Source: a virus
Length of the DNA: 64,000 nucleotides
Reading direction: 5' to 3' (one strand)
IMG/VR virus record: IMGVR_UViG_3300030099_005838
Below, in pieces: positions 49,932-59,700 of this stretch (the first letter of the stretch is position 1; every line of letters starts with the position of its first letter). The notes under the pieces were generated by a model. The model was not told the DNA's origin and did no database searches. It saw nothing but the letters and a program-made list of their open reading frames with translations. Both the position numbers and the translations under genes were made by a program.

Positions 49932-50210
49932 ATGAGGAAAAGACATTGGAAGAATCGAAAAAATAGACCTTGTCCGGATTGTGGAAAAGTATTAACGTAC
50001 TCTAGAAAAGATTCTTTTGATAGAGCAGTTGGTAATAATTCAGTTTGTAAATCTTGTGCCCAATCAGATAGAAAGCTTACTATGGATACGATTCACAAAA
50101 TGAAACAACCTAAAACTACGCAACATAAGAAAAGAATATCTAAATCTATTTCAAGTTGGTGGGTAGATAGGAAAGAAAAAGAGATGACATATGGCACTAA
50201 TACACAGTAG
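49932..50210 (+). CDS. Small zinc-ribbon/NUMOD3-like DNA-binding protein (homing-endonuclease-like fragment)
   Basis: CPDC...CKSC followed by TIHKMKQPKTTQHKKRISKS; no nuclease domain. Confidence 0.5.
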   Translation: MRKRHWKNRKNRPCPDCGKVLTYSRKDSFDRAVGNNSVCKSCAQSDRKLTMDTIHKMKQPKTTQHKKRISKSISSWWVDRKEKEMTYGTNTQ

Positions 50211-51438
50211 GCAATTAAATCCGAAATTAACTGGTTCATTTACCGTAAGTGGTTCACTTTCTGTAAACCAAAGAGAACTTGACTTAGTAACTGTAAGTCG
50301 TGACCAAGTGCTAAAATTTAATGGTAGTAAGTTTGTGGCTGCAGATGAAGGTACAACATTCGTATTTACTATAGCCGATTTTGACACCAACGATGGAACA
50401 AGTCCACAATTAATAGGAACGGGATCGTGGAAAGCAGTAGGTGCTTTGACATTTACCGCGACATATAATAATGGCCCACCTGATGGACATAGCGGTGGAG
50501 CTGAAGGTGCTCCTAAAATAACATCAATTATTGATGGTTCAACAAGTGGTTCTGATATGTTTCCTTTGAGTTCAAGTTTTTCATCAGGTACCAATAGTAG
50601 AGCAATTATGTTTCCACCGAATAGTAGTGATGATATTAGATTCAGATTGTTTGCATCGGCCGGTAGTGATACATCTAATAGTTTTTCCGACCAACGAATA
50701 TTCTTTTTTAATCAGTTTGTTTTTGGAGATTTGAGTAAAAATAGCGGATTTAATCAGGCTGATATTAGAACACTAGCTTCAGCAAATAGTGTAACATCAA
50801 ATGATACAACGAGAACAATAAGTGTATCCATCGGTAGTTCGAATTTCTTAAATTTTGCACATAGAACCGGTGACACTAATGTTACACAGGTATACTGTGG
50901 CTCAGACCCAAATAGATTAACAGTAGCAATGGATAGAACCGATGCTACAACCAAAACACCTTTAAGAGAAACAGTAAGTTATCTGAATACTGCAGGTAAA
51001 ACTGAAAACTTTTTTGTATATGCAAGTAAGTTACAAAACATCGATGCACATTCTACTACATTTGTAACCAGTACTTCATCACAAATTAAAAATTATATCT
51101 ATTGGGGAACCGGTTCTTCTTGGACTAATAACGAAACCAATGTTGAGGGATTGACGAACAAAAGCACAACATTAGACGATGGTTCTGTGACAGGTAACAC
51201 ACTATCAGTTGGTTCATTTACAAACCAATTCGTAATAGTTGCAATACCAGCGAGATATGGAGATAATGATACAGACTATCAACTGAAGGATAATAGCACA
51301 AATCTTCCTTTTAGTTTTAACCAACAGTCTGATGTCACAGTCACTAATGCTGTTGGATTTCAGGAAGATTATAGTGTGTATAGGTCGACTAATCAATTAA
51401 CAATGACTAATGCAACTGTATTGATAGATACAGTATAA
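50191..51438 (+). CDS. Virion structural protein
   Basis: 415 aa, S/T/G-rich and beta-rich; follows the neck genes. Confidence 0.55.
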   Translation: MALIHSRQLNPKLTGSFTVSGSLSVNQRELDLVTVSRDQVLKFNGSKFVAADEGTTFVFTIADFDTNDGTSPQLIGTGSWKAVGALTFTATYNNGPPDGHSGGAEGAPKITSIIDGSTSGSDMFPLSSSFSSGTNSRAIMFPPNSSDDIRFRLFASAGSDTSNSFSDQRIFFFNQFVFGDLSKNSGFNQADIRTLASANSVTSNDTTRTISVSIGSSNFLNFAHRTGDTNVTQVYCGSDPNRLTVAMDRTDATTKTPLRETVSYLNTAGKTENFFVYASKLQNIDAHSTTFVTSTSSQIKNYIYWGTGSSWTNNETNVEGLTNKSTTLDDGSVTGNTLSVGSFTNQFVIVAIPARYGDNDTDYQLKDNSTNLPFSFNQQSDVTVTNAVGFQEDYSVYRSTNQLTMTNATVLIDTV

Positions 51439-51448
51439 GGAAAGTAAA

Positions 51449-51838
51449 ATGAGTGTAAAAGTAACAGGACAATTTGTACCAGCTGGTGATTTTTCAATAG
51501 TAGATGGAAAAGACATATCGGGTAATATAACCGGTAGTGCAGTCAGTGCTAGTGGAACTGCTTCGTTTGGTGCTTTAAATTTAGACACATTGTTTAGATA
51601 TGGTAGTAGTATCTGGCAGGAATCAAGTGGTACAAATACATTTACTGGTTCGAAGTTTACATTTAAATCAAGCGACTCTACTGATTTATTAAGGGTACAC
51701 AATAGTAATGATGAATTAGTTTTCAGAGTAGGTGATGGATTTGTTGTATTGAATGCTCAATCATCACCACCTACAGCGGTTTCAGGAGGAATTTATTACG
51801 ATACAGATGATGAATGGTATCTTGGATTCGATTCATAA
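51449..51838 (+). CDS. Small fibre-type structural protein
   Basis: 129 aa; ITGSAVSASG and C-terminal PTAVSGGIYYD typical of fibre end segments. Confidence 0.5.
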   Translation: MSVKVTGQFVPAGDFSIVDGKDISGNITGSAVSASGTASFGALNLDTLFRYGSSIWQESSGTNTFTGSKFTFKSSDSTDLLRVHNSNDELVFRVGDGFVVLNAQSSPPTAVSGGIYYDTDDEWYLGFDS

Positions 51839-51850
51839 TTTAAAAAACTG

Positions 51851-51859
51851 ATATTTATA
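51851..51859 (+). promoter_or_regulatory. Putative late promoter motif ATATTTATA
   Basis: Intergenic, upstream of ATG 51890. Confidence 0.55.
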
Positions 51860-51889
51860 ATTAGATGATATCATTTAGGGAGAAGTAAA

Positions 51890-53515
51890 ATGGCAAATTG
51901 GAAAAAAGTAATTGTAAGTGGTTCTGCTGCAGAACTCGCTTCTTTGCAATTAGACACTGCGTTACCAGTAGCACAGGGTGGTATTGGTGCAACATCTTTG
52001 ACGGATAAAGCGGTTCTAATATCGCAAGATAGTGGGACTGATGCAGTAGGTTCACTTGCCTTATCGAGTAATGGAAGTTTAATAATAGGTGGTACTAGTG
52101 GCCCTGCCGTAGAAGCAGCTAGTGATTTAGCTGGTTCAGGTTTAGCAGCAACCACAGGTGATGGGACTCTAGCTTTATCAATTGGTGCAGGAACTGGTAT
52201 AGATGTTGCAGCAGACGCAATCTCAGTTGATGTATCCGACTTTATGACAAATGGTTCTAACAATAGAATTGTTACGGCTACTGGTGCTGATGCAATGAAT
52301 GCAGAAGCAAATCTTACCTTTGATGGTAGTGGGTTAAGTGTTACAGGACATGTAAGTGCAAGTGGTAATATGAGCGGTTCTGCGTCGTCCACAGGTTCTT
52401 TTGGTAGATTACAAACCGCAGGTGCATCGGAAATTGGAGGCAATCTCACTCAAAAGGGTGGTACTTTTCTAATAGAGAGTTCTAATATACCAACAATAAA
52501 GAGTTTGTCTGGTCATCCATTAGTCATAGACCAAAGAAATCCTGTTGCTCCAACCGCAATATACAATCAGTTGAGATTCAATTCTTCTTTTGGTGCAGAA
52601 TTAAGACAATTTTCTACAACTCTCAAACTTTCTAACTCAACAGGTAATGCAAATTATTGGAAATTTGAACAAAACACTTTATCCACACCAGACGGAGTGG
52701 GAAATGTTAGTGGTTCAGCGACTTCAACCGGTTCATTTGGATTTATTACAGGTTCGAAAATTCAAGGTACTTTCTTAGGTGACGGTAATGCATTAGATTT
52801 GAGTTCAAATTCAACAATAGGTAGTAATATTTTCAGTACAGTAGCAGTCTCTGGACAATCAAATATAGTAGCAGATAGTAACTCCGACACACTAACACTA
52901 GCTGAATCTACAGGTTTAGGAATAACTACAAATGCAGGAAATGATACCGTAACATTCGCATTAGATTCTGCACAGACTACAATACAAACTATTTTTAATA
53001 CAGGATTAATTGTTGGTAGAGCTTCAGGTGATACAACAATAGATTTTACTGCAGATGATGTCATTGTGTTCGATGCAGGTGCTTCGGAAAAAATGAGAGT
53101 GGATACATCTGGTGTAGATATTACGGGTGCCTTAACGGTTAGTACTAATGCAACAATACAAGGTGACTTGGTTGTAAATGGAAGTACGACAACTTTATCA
53201 ACAACTAATTTAGCAGTTGGAGACCAATTCATATTCGCAGCAACCGGTTCTGCGGGTTCTAATGTGGATGCTGGATTGGTAGTACAAAGTGGTTCGGCAG
53301 CAAATACAGGTTCAGCTTTTTATCATGATATAAATTCACAAAGATGGGCAGTTGCAAAAACAGTAGCATCAAATGCTGTAGCAGTAACTCCTAACCAATT
53401 TGTTGGAACAATAACTTTAAATTCAAACCCACCATCAGATTCAGATGGTGAGTATGGTGTCGGCGAAATGTGGATAGAAACCGATACACAGGATATCTTT
53501 ATTAGAACAGGTTAA
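51890..53515 (+). CDS. Fibre-type structural protein
   Basis: 541 aa; MANWKKVIVSGS N-terminus; two SGSxxSTGSFG repeats; LPVAQGGIGAT motif. Confidence 0.65.
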   Translation: MANWKKVIVSGSAAELASLQLDTALPVAQGGIGATSLTDKAVLISQDSGTDAVGSLALSSNGSLIIGGTSGPAVEAASDLAGSGLAATTGDGTLALSIGAGTGIDVAADAISVDVSDFMTNGSNNRIVTATGADAMNAEANLTFDGSGLSVTGHVSASGNMSGSASSTGSFGRLQTAGASEIGGNLTQKGGTFLIESSNIPTIKSLSGHPLVIDQRNPVAPTAIYNQLRFNSSFGAELRQFSTTLKLSNSTGNANYWKFEQNTLSTPDGVGNVSGSATSTGSFGFITGSKIQGTFLGDGNALDLSSNSTIGSNIFSTVAVSGQSNIVADSNSDTLTLAESTGLGITTNAGNDTVTFALDSAQTTIQTIFNTGLIVGRASGDTTIDFTADDVIVFDAGASEKMRVDTSGVDITGALTVSTNATIQGDLVVNGSTTTLSTTNLAVGDQFIFAATGSAGSNVDAGLVVQSGSAANTGSAFYHDINSQRWAVAKTVASNAVAVTPNQFVGTITLNSNPPSDSDGEYGVGEMWIETDTQDIFIRTG

Positions 53516-53530
53516 TTATAGAGGTTTTAT

Positions 53531-53737
53531 ATGGCTTTAAAAACAAGAGGTGGAATAAACATAGTAGGAAAGGAAGCTTATGTTCATCCACTTGAATTAG
53601 AGGATTTGGAATTTTTAATCAAAATGATTGCAAATACAAGTCATAAAGGTAGTGACATTGGTATGGTTATCAAAGTCACAGAAAAATTAAAAAAAGAGTA
53701 TGATGAAATAATTCAGATAAATACTCAAAAATCTTAA
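53531..53737 (+). CDS. Small helical protein (possible fibre assembly chaperone)
   Basis: 68 aa between two fibre genes; GAGG RBS. Confidence 0.5.
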   Translation: MALKTRGGINIVGKEAYVHPLELEDLEFLIKMIANTSHKGSDIGMVIKVTEKLKKEYDEIIQINTQKS

Positions 53738-53738
53738 T

Positions 53739-53779
53739 GTTGGCCCGTAAGGGAAGTGGGCTCATAAAGAGTAACCAAC
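53739..53779 (+). ncRNA. Candidate structured RNA element (three-way junction with GNRA tetraloop)
   Basis: GTTGG(53739-43)/CCAAC(53775-79) closes CCC-GTAA-GGG and GCTC-ATAAA-GAGT; a GC-rich island in an AT-rich genome. Confidence 0.5.
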
Positions 53780-53799
53780 CACGATTAGGAGTAAAGTAA

Positions 53800-56700
53800 A
53801 TGCCAAGTTGGAAAAAAGTAATAACATCTGGAAGTAATGCTGCACTGAATCACATAACTTCTTCCGGTAACATAAGTGGTTCGGCAACCTCAACAGGTTC
53901 GTTTGGCCAGTTAGACTTACTTAGTAAGGGAAGTTTAAGAATTAATCAAGGTGGTCGTGGTGACGAGGGTTCTGGAAATAACAATGGTATAACTTTATTT
54001 CAATCGACCACATTTACAGGTAATTTAACTACTACTGCTAATCTCTTCAGTCGTATTTTTGATGACAATAAATTAGTTTTAGCAAACCATTTTAATAACG
54101 CTGGTGGTGGGATATCCTTACGGACAATGGCTGGTGGCTCTCAAAACTCAGCTATTGATATAGCTGGAAATACAGGCATAACTACAATAAATAAAGGACT
54201 TGTAGTAAGAGACTCAGCAACAATAAACACCGATTTAATAGTTACAGGAAGTATAAGTGGTTCGTCATCCTCAACGGGTTCATTCAGTAGGGCAGAAATA
54301 GCTGGTACAGGTAAATTTGGTAAGATAGGTATCAATGTATCAAATCCAGGTGAAGCATTAGAAATCAATGCTGGTAAATTAAAATTCTCAGGTCATGCCT
54401 CAGGTTTCGGAGCAGGGATGATCGGAATGACATCCAATTTTTTAGCACTGGTTGGTGGTTCTAACGGTATAGTGATAAATGGTGATAGCAACGGACTAGA
54501 TAAAAATAGCTTTACATTCACTGCTGCAAAAATAAGTGGCTCATCAACCTCAACTGGTTCTTTTGGTAGACTGGAACTTGGACAATCAAATGGTGCTCCA
54601 ATGGCAGTATATGGAAATGTTGGTACTGCAGGTATAAGACTTGAAAATTATAAAGGCTATCTTGAAATTGATCCTCACACTTCCACAGTTAACATAACTT
54701 CAAATAAAAATGAGATACAATTTCAGAATAGAATTGGCGCCAGATTTGGAATTACAGGCTACTCAACTAGTGATTTAGTATTTTTTACAAATAGTGGGAA
54801 TACAACTCATGCAACTTTTAGTCCTACAACCGGAACATCATTTACGCAAAATATAACAGGTAGTGGAAACTTAGAGATAGCTGGAAACATAAGTGGTTCA
54901 TCAACCTCAACTGGTTCGTTTGGTATGGGGTATTTCAACCAATTAGGAATATTAAATAAAAATCCATCTATACAGACTTCAGATGCTGATGATTTGGTTA
55001 TTGGGGATGGTGCTAGTGGAGTAAGTAGAGGAATCACTATATTCACAAGTGCTGGTAATAGTCTTGGCTCAATTCGTTTTAGTGACGACACAAGTGGAAG
55101 TTCAAGAAGAAGAGGTGAAATAAGATATGACCATGCTGATGATACCTTAACATTAGCAGCTAGTAAGACTGAGGTATTGGAAATTACTAGTGGTGGTGGA
55201 TTAGAAGTATTAACTGGAAACATAAGTGGTTCATCAACATCAACTGGTTCGTTTGGCACACTCGAAACACATGCTAATTCATCTAGTTCCTTTGGTGGTA
55301 GATTGAAAATAACGGGTGATATTATACCAGAAAATGATAATAAATGGAGATTAGGAGTTCTTGCTGGTTTTGGTGCTTGGAAGGAAATTCATAGTTATCA
55401 ACTTAATTTAAACAATGGAACTATAACAGGTCAAAATGGTGGTGATATTCATTTAAAAGCTGGTAGCGGCCCCACCGGTCAGTTATTTTTAGCAAGAAGT
55501 GGTGGTGGTAATGGTGTAGGAGTTCATACAAATTCACCTAATAGTAATACATTTCATGTAGCGGCATCAGGTGGTATTTTTTCAGAAAACAACATAAGTG
55601 GTTCAGCAGGTTCAACTGGTTCGTTTGGTTCAGTCCACACATCGGGCCAAATAGGAATACAAACAACTGCACCAAAGAAAGCTCTTACGGTTAAAGCAAG
55701 CGGTAACGATGATGGAATAGCACTTCTTGCAAGTAATGGTCAATTTGCTGCTCTTCTTCACCAACAAGACAATGATGCCGGAATGTTAAGATTACATGAT
55801 GATTCTTCAACCACAAAAATTGCTTTTAATGCTGATGATGGAGCTGATTCCTTCATTAACAATGGTGGAAGCTTTGGCATCGGCACCACAAGTCCAGATG
55901 GGTTAGTACATGCCTTTAGTGGAAATGCATCTCAAACAGCAAATGCGGCTGCAAATCAACTAATTGCAGAAAATAACACAAATGCTGGTGTCTCTATTTT
56001 GTCAGGTACAAGTCATAGTGGTGCAATATATTTTGGAGATTCTGGTAATGCTAAAATAGGAACTATAATTTATGACCACGGAGATGAACAGTTAAGGATT
56101 GGAGTAAACGATGCTGTTATTTTAACATTAACGGATTCAAAAATAAGTGGTTCATCAACCTCAACTGGTTCGTTTGGAAAGTTGTCTGTTGGCAGTGGTA
56201 ATATCACAACTTCAGGTAATATGGTACTTGATGCAGATGGTGCACAGATTAGATTGCAGGATGGTGGAACAGAGTTTGGTAGGATAAGTAGAGTCTCTTC
56301 GGACCTGGTTATAAAATCAATAAGTAATAATAATGATATATTGTTTAAAGGAGTCGATGGTGGTGGTACAATAACTGCACTACAGTTGGATATGTCAGAG
56401 GGTGGTAATGCAATATTTAGTGGGAATGCTACTGTACCTGGAACTTTAGCAGTTGATACCAATACATTATATGTAGATTCTTCAGCAAATAAAGTTGGAA
56501 TAAAAAGAATTGATCCCCAGTTCGAATTGGATGTTATCGGTGATATAAGAGCTACTGGTGATGTCATTGCAAAAAGGTATGTAATTAGTTCTTCTGTAAG
56601 TCACATTACATCAAGTTTCTCAAGTGGCTCAACAATTTTTGGTGATACTATCGCCGATACACATCGGTTCACAGGCTCGTTGAGTGTAACTGGCAGTGGT

Positions 56701-59700
56701 GATAAAGTTTTTGAAGTTGCATCTTTTTCAGGTGCGGTGCCAAGATTTAGAATAGATAATGATGCTACCAATACAATTGGTATCAATACAACTCCATCAA
56801 CAGGTTTGGTTGCTATAAGGTCGACTGGTAATGACGCTAATCAACTTTCTTTTCTAAACGGAGCTGGTACACATACAGGTGGATTCTATGATGCGGGTGG
56901 AAGATTAATATTACAATTAAAAAATTCAAGTGGTGCTACAAAGGTAAATATTGAACCCGGCGGTGATTCATATTTTAATGGTGGCAATGTCGGCATCGGT
57001 ATCACAAGTCCCGAAGGTTTATTACATATCTTTACTGCAGATGCCTCAATCGCACCAAATGTTGATGCGGATGAATTAGTTGTAGAGAATAGCGGTAATG
57101 CTGGTATTTCTATATTAAGTGGAAACACTTCTAATGGTGCTATATACTTTGGTGATGCTCAAGACAATAATATAGGTATGATTGATTATGACCATGCACT
57201 TAATAAAATTTCTCTTACGGCTGGTGCTACAACTCTTCCTGTATTTTCAGTTACAAGTAACACTGCAGAGTTTGGTCCTACTGTACTAAAAGTAAGTGGT
57301 TCATCAACCTCAACTGGATCGTTTGGTTCGTTGGTTATTTCCGATGCTATTCAAGGAGGTGGGAATGTTAAAGGTGGAGACTTTCAAATTAGTGCAAATG
57401 ATTTAGTAGTAGACGGTTTGGCAAATGCCACAGAAAGAGGTTTAGTGATTAAACATAGTGGTATGACTAGCAATACGGTTTCCTTAGTTCAAGATGCGAA
57501 CAATTCAAGGGGTGAATTGAATACAAAAAACAGGTCACTTTTTATTCAGGCAGGAACTGATGGTTTTGGTTCTGGTGAGAGGTTTAGAATATTGGTGAAC
57601 CAAATCGCGAGTCAAGATATTTTAAATGATGGAACAGTATTATTTCCTGTTGCTAATCAAAAAATAAGTGGTTCATCAAGCTCAACGGGGTCGTTTGGGC
57701 ATTTATTTATTGGACATAAAACTGGAAATGGTCATGCTAAGATAAGACTTTCGGCCGAAGCAGATACTAGTGGTGAAAGAGCGATAGAATTTTTTGAAGG
57801 TTCATTTAACAGATGGAGAATAGCTAATAGGGGAGCTAATGGTAATTTTAATATAGAAAGAAGTACAGATGGTACTACATTTGAATCCACACCTGTTTTG
57901 AGTATAGAAAAATCAAGTGGAAATGTAGAATTTCCTGTTGCTAATCAAAAAATAAGTGGTTCAGCAACATCAACCGGTTCTTTTGGTAGAATTGATGTAG
58001 CAGGTAAATTGTTTGTAGGTGGTTCTGAAGTGGGTGCTGGTGGCGGTGGTGGTAGCGCGGATAACTTGGGTAATCATACTGCAACACAAGATTTAGATTT
58101 AAATAGTAAATCAATTAAAAATATAATTCACATTACAGGTAGTGGAAACATAAGTGGTTCTACAACAACCACAGCATCATTTGGAAGTTTACAACTTCAT
58201 GGAAAAACAATACACACCACTAAGGCAAGTAAGGTTGGATTAGGTACAACTAACCCGTTAGGAAATAAACTACACATTCATGTTGGTGATTCTGGCACAG
58301 ATACAGTCACAACAAACAGTAGTTTAGTAATAGAAAGTAATACAAACAACTTTATACAAATGTTGAATCCAAACGGAAACAATAGTGGTATTATATTTGG
58401 TGAGCATAATGATATAGATATTGCAAGTATATTACATGACGGTGGGGATAACTCATTAAGATTTAATGTTGCAGCTGCAGAAAGAATTAGAATAAACGGT
58501 TCAGGTAATGTCGGCATCGGCACAACAAGTCCTTCTAAAACATTTCATGTCTACGCAAATGTATCAAGCGATTATGCCGCTCTCGTAGAAAACGACCAGG
58601 CAACAAGCGGACATGGACTACAAATACATAGTGATGGTAATGGAAGTGGAACAATACTATTTGATGTAGATGCCGCTGGCTCAAGTAGATTTAGAGTCAG
58701 AGGTGATGGTAGTGTATTGGTTGGATTTACAACATCTCAAGCTGAAAAGTTAGCCGTCAATGGTGATTTCAGAGCAACTGGAAACATAAGCGGTTCATCA
58801 ACCTCAACCGGTTCGTTCGGACATGTAATGCAAGATGGTAAAGGTTTACCACCACAATTTACAACAGGAAGTTCTATATTCATTGGTGAAAATGCTGGTG
58901 CTTCTGATGATGGTTCTAATAATAGAAATATCGGAATTGGTAAAAATGCTTTAGACGCTGCTACTACAGGACATTTAAACATCGCTATTGGTGATGATGC
59001 TCTAACTGATGTTACAACAGGAAATCATAATGTAGCAATAGGATTTGAATCACAAAAAGATACGACAGGTGGAAATAATACATCTGTTGGATATAACTCA
59101 TTAGAATTTAACACTTCAGGAAATAACAATGTCGCCATAGGTTATGCTGCTGCGGGTGGATTTACTTATTCCGGAGCTGATAATGTTGCTATAGGATTTG
59201 CGGCACTTGGTGGAAATAATGTGTCAGGAGATTTTAATATTGCTATTGGGAAACAGGCATTATATGCTAATACTACTGCAGATGACAATCTGGCAATTGG
59301 AGACTTTGCACTTACCAGTGTAGGTACAGATGCTAACTCTAGTAGAAATCTTGCAATAGGTTCTGAAGCACTAAGACATATTGTATATACTGCTGGTTCA
59401 AGTGGTTTCAACAATACTGCTTTAGGTTGGAACGCAGGAACAAGGTTTGGAGATAATGCAGGAAACTTAACAAGTGCAAGTTATGGTGTATATATCGGAC
59501 ACACAACTTATCCACTTGAAAATAATTCATATAACGAAATATTAATAGGTAGTCAAGTAAGGGGTAAAGGTTCAAATACGGCTACAATAGGTGATGGTAA
59601 CATTACAGACATTTATTTGAGTCAAGACCAAGGTGCAACTGTTCATACAGGTAATGTGAGTGGTTCAGCAACTTCAACTGGATCGTTTGGTAGAGTTTTC

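Noticed and set aside
53735-53770. Stop-codon readthrough from the 68-aa gene into the fibre gene stimulated by the downstream structure
   Set aside because: The readthrough frame meets another TAA ten codons later, so no fusion results.
53750-53785. ZTP riboswitch resemblance (GGAAGTGG...CCACG)
   Set aside because: The upstream and downstream pseudoknot elements of that class are missing and the gene context does not fit.
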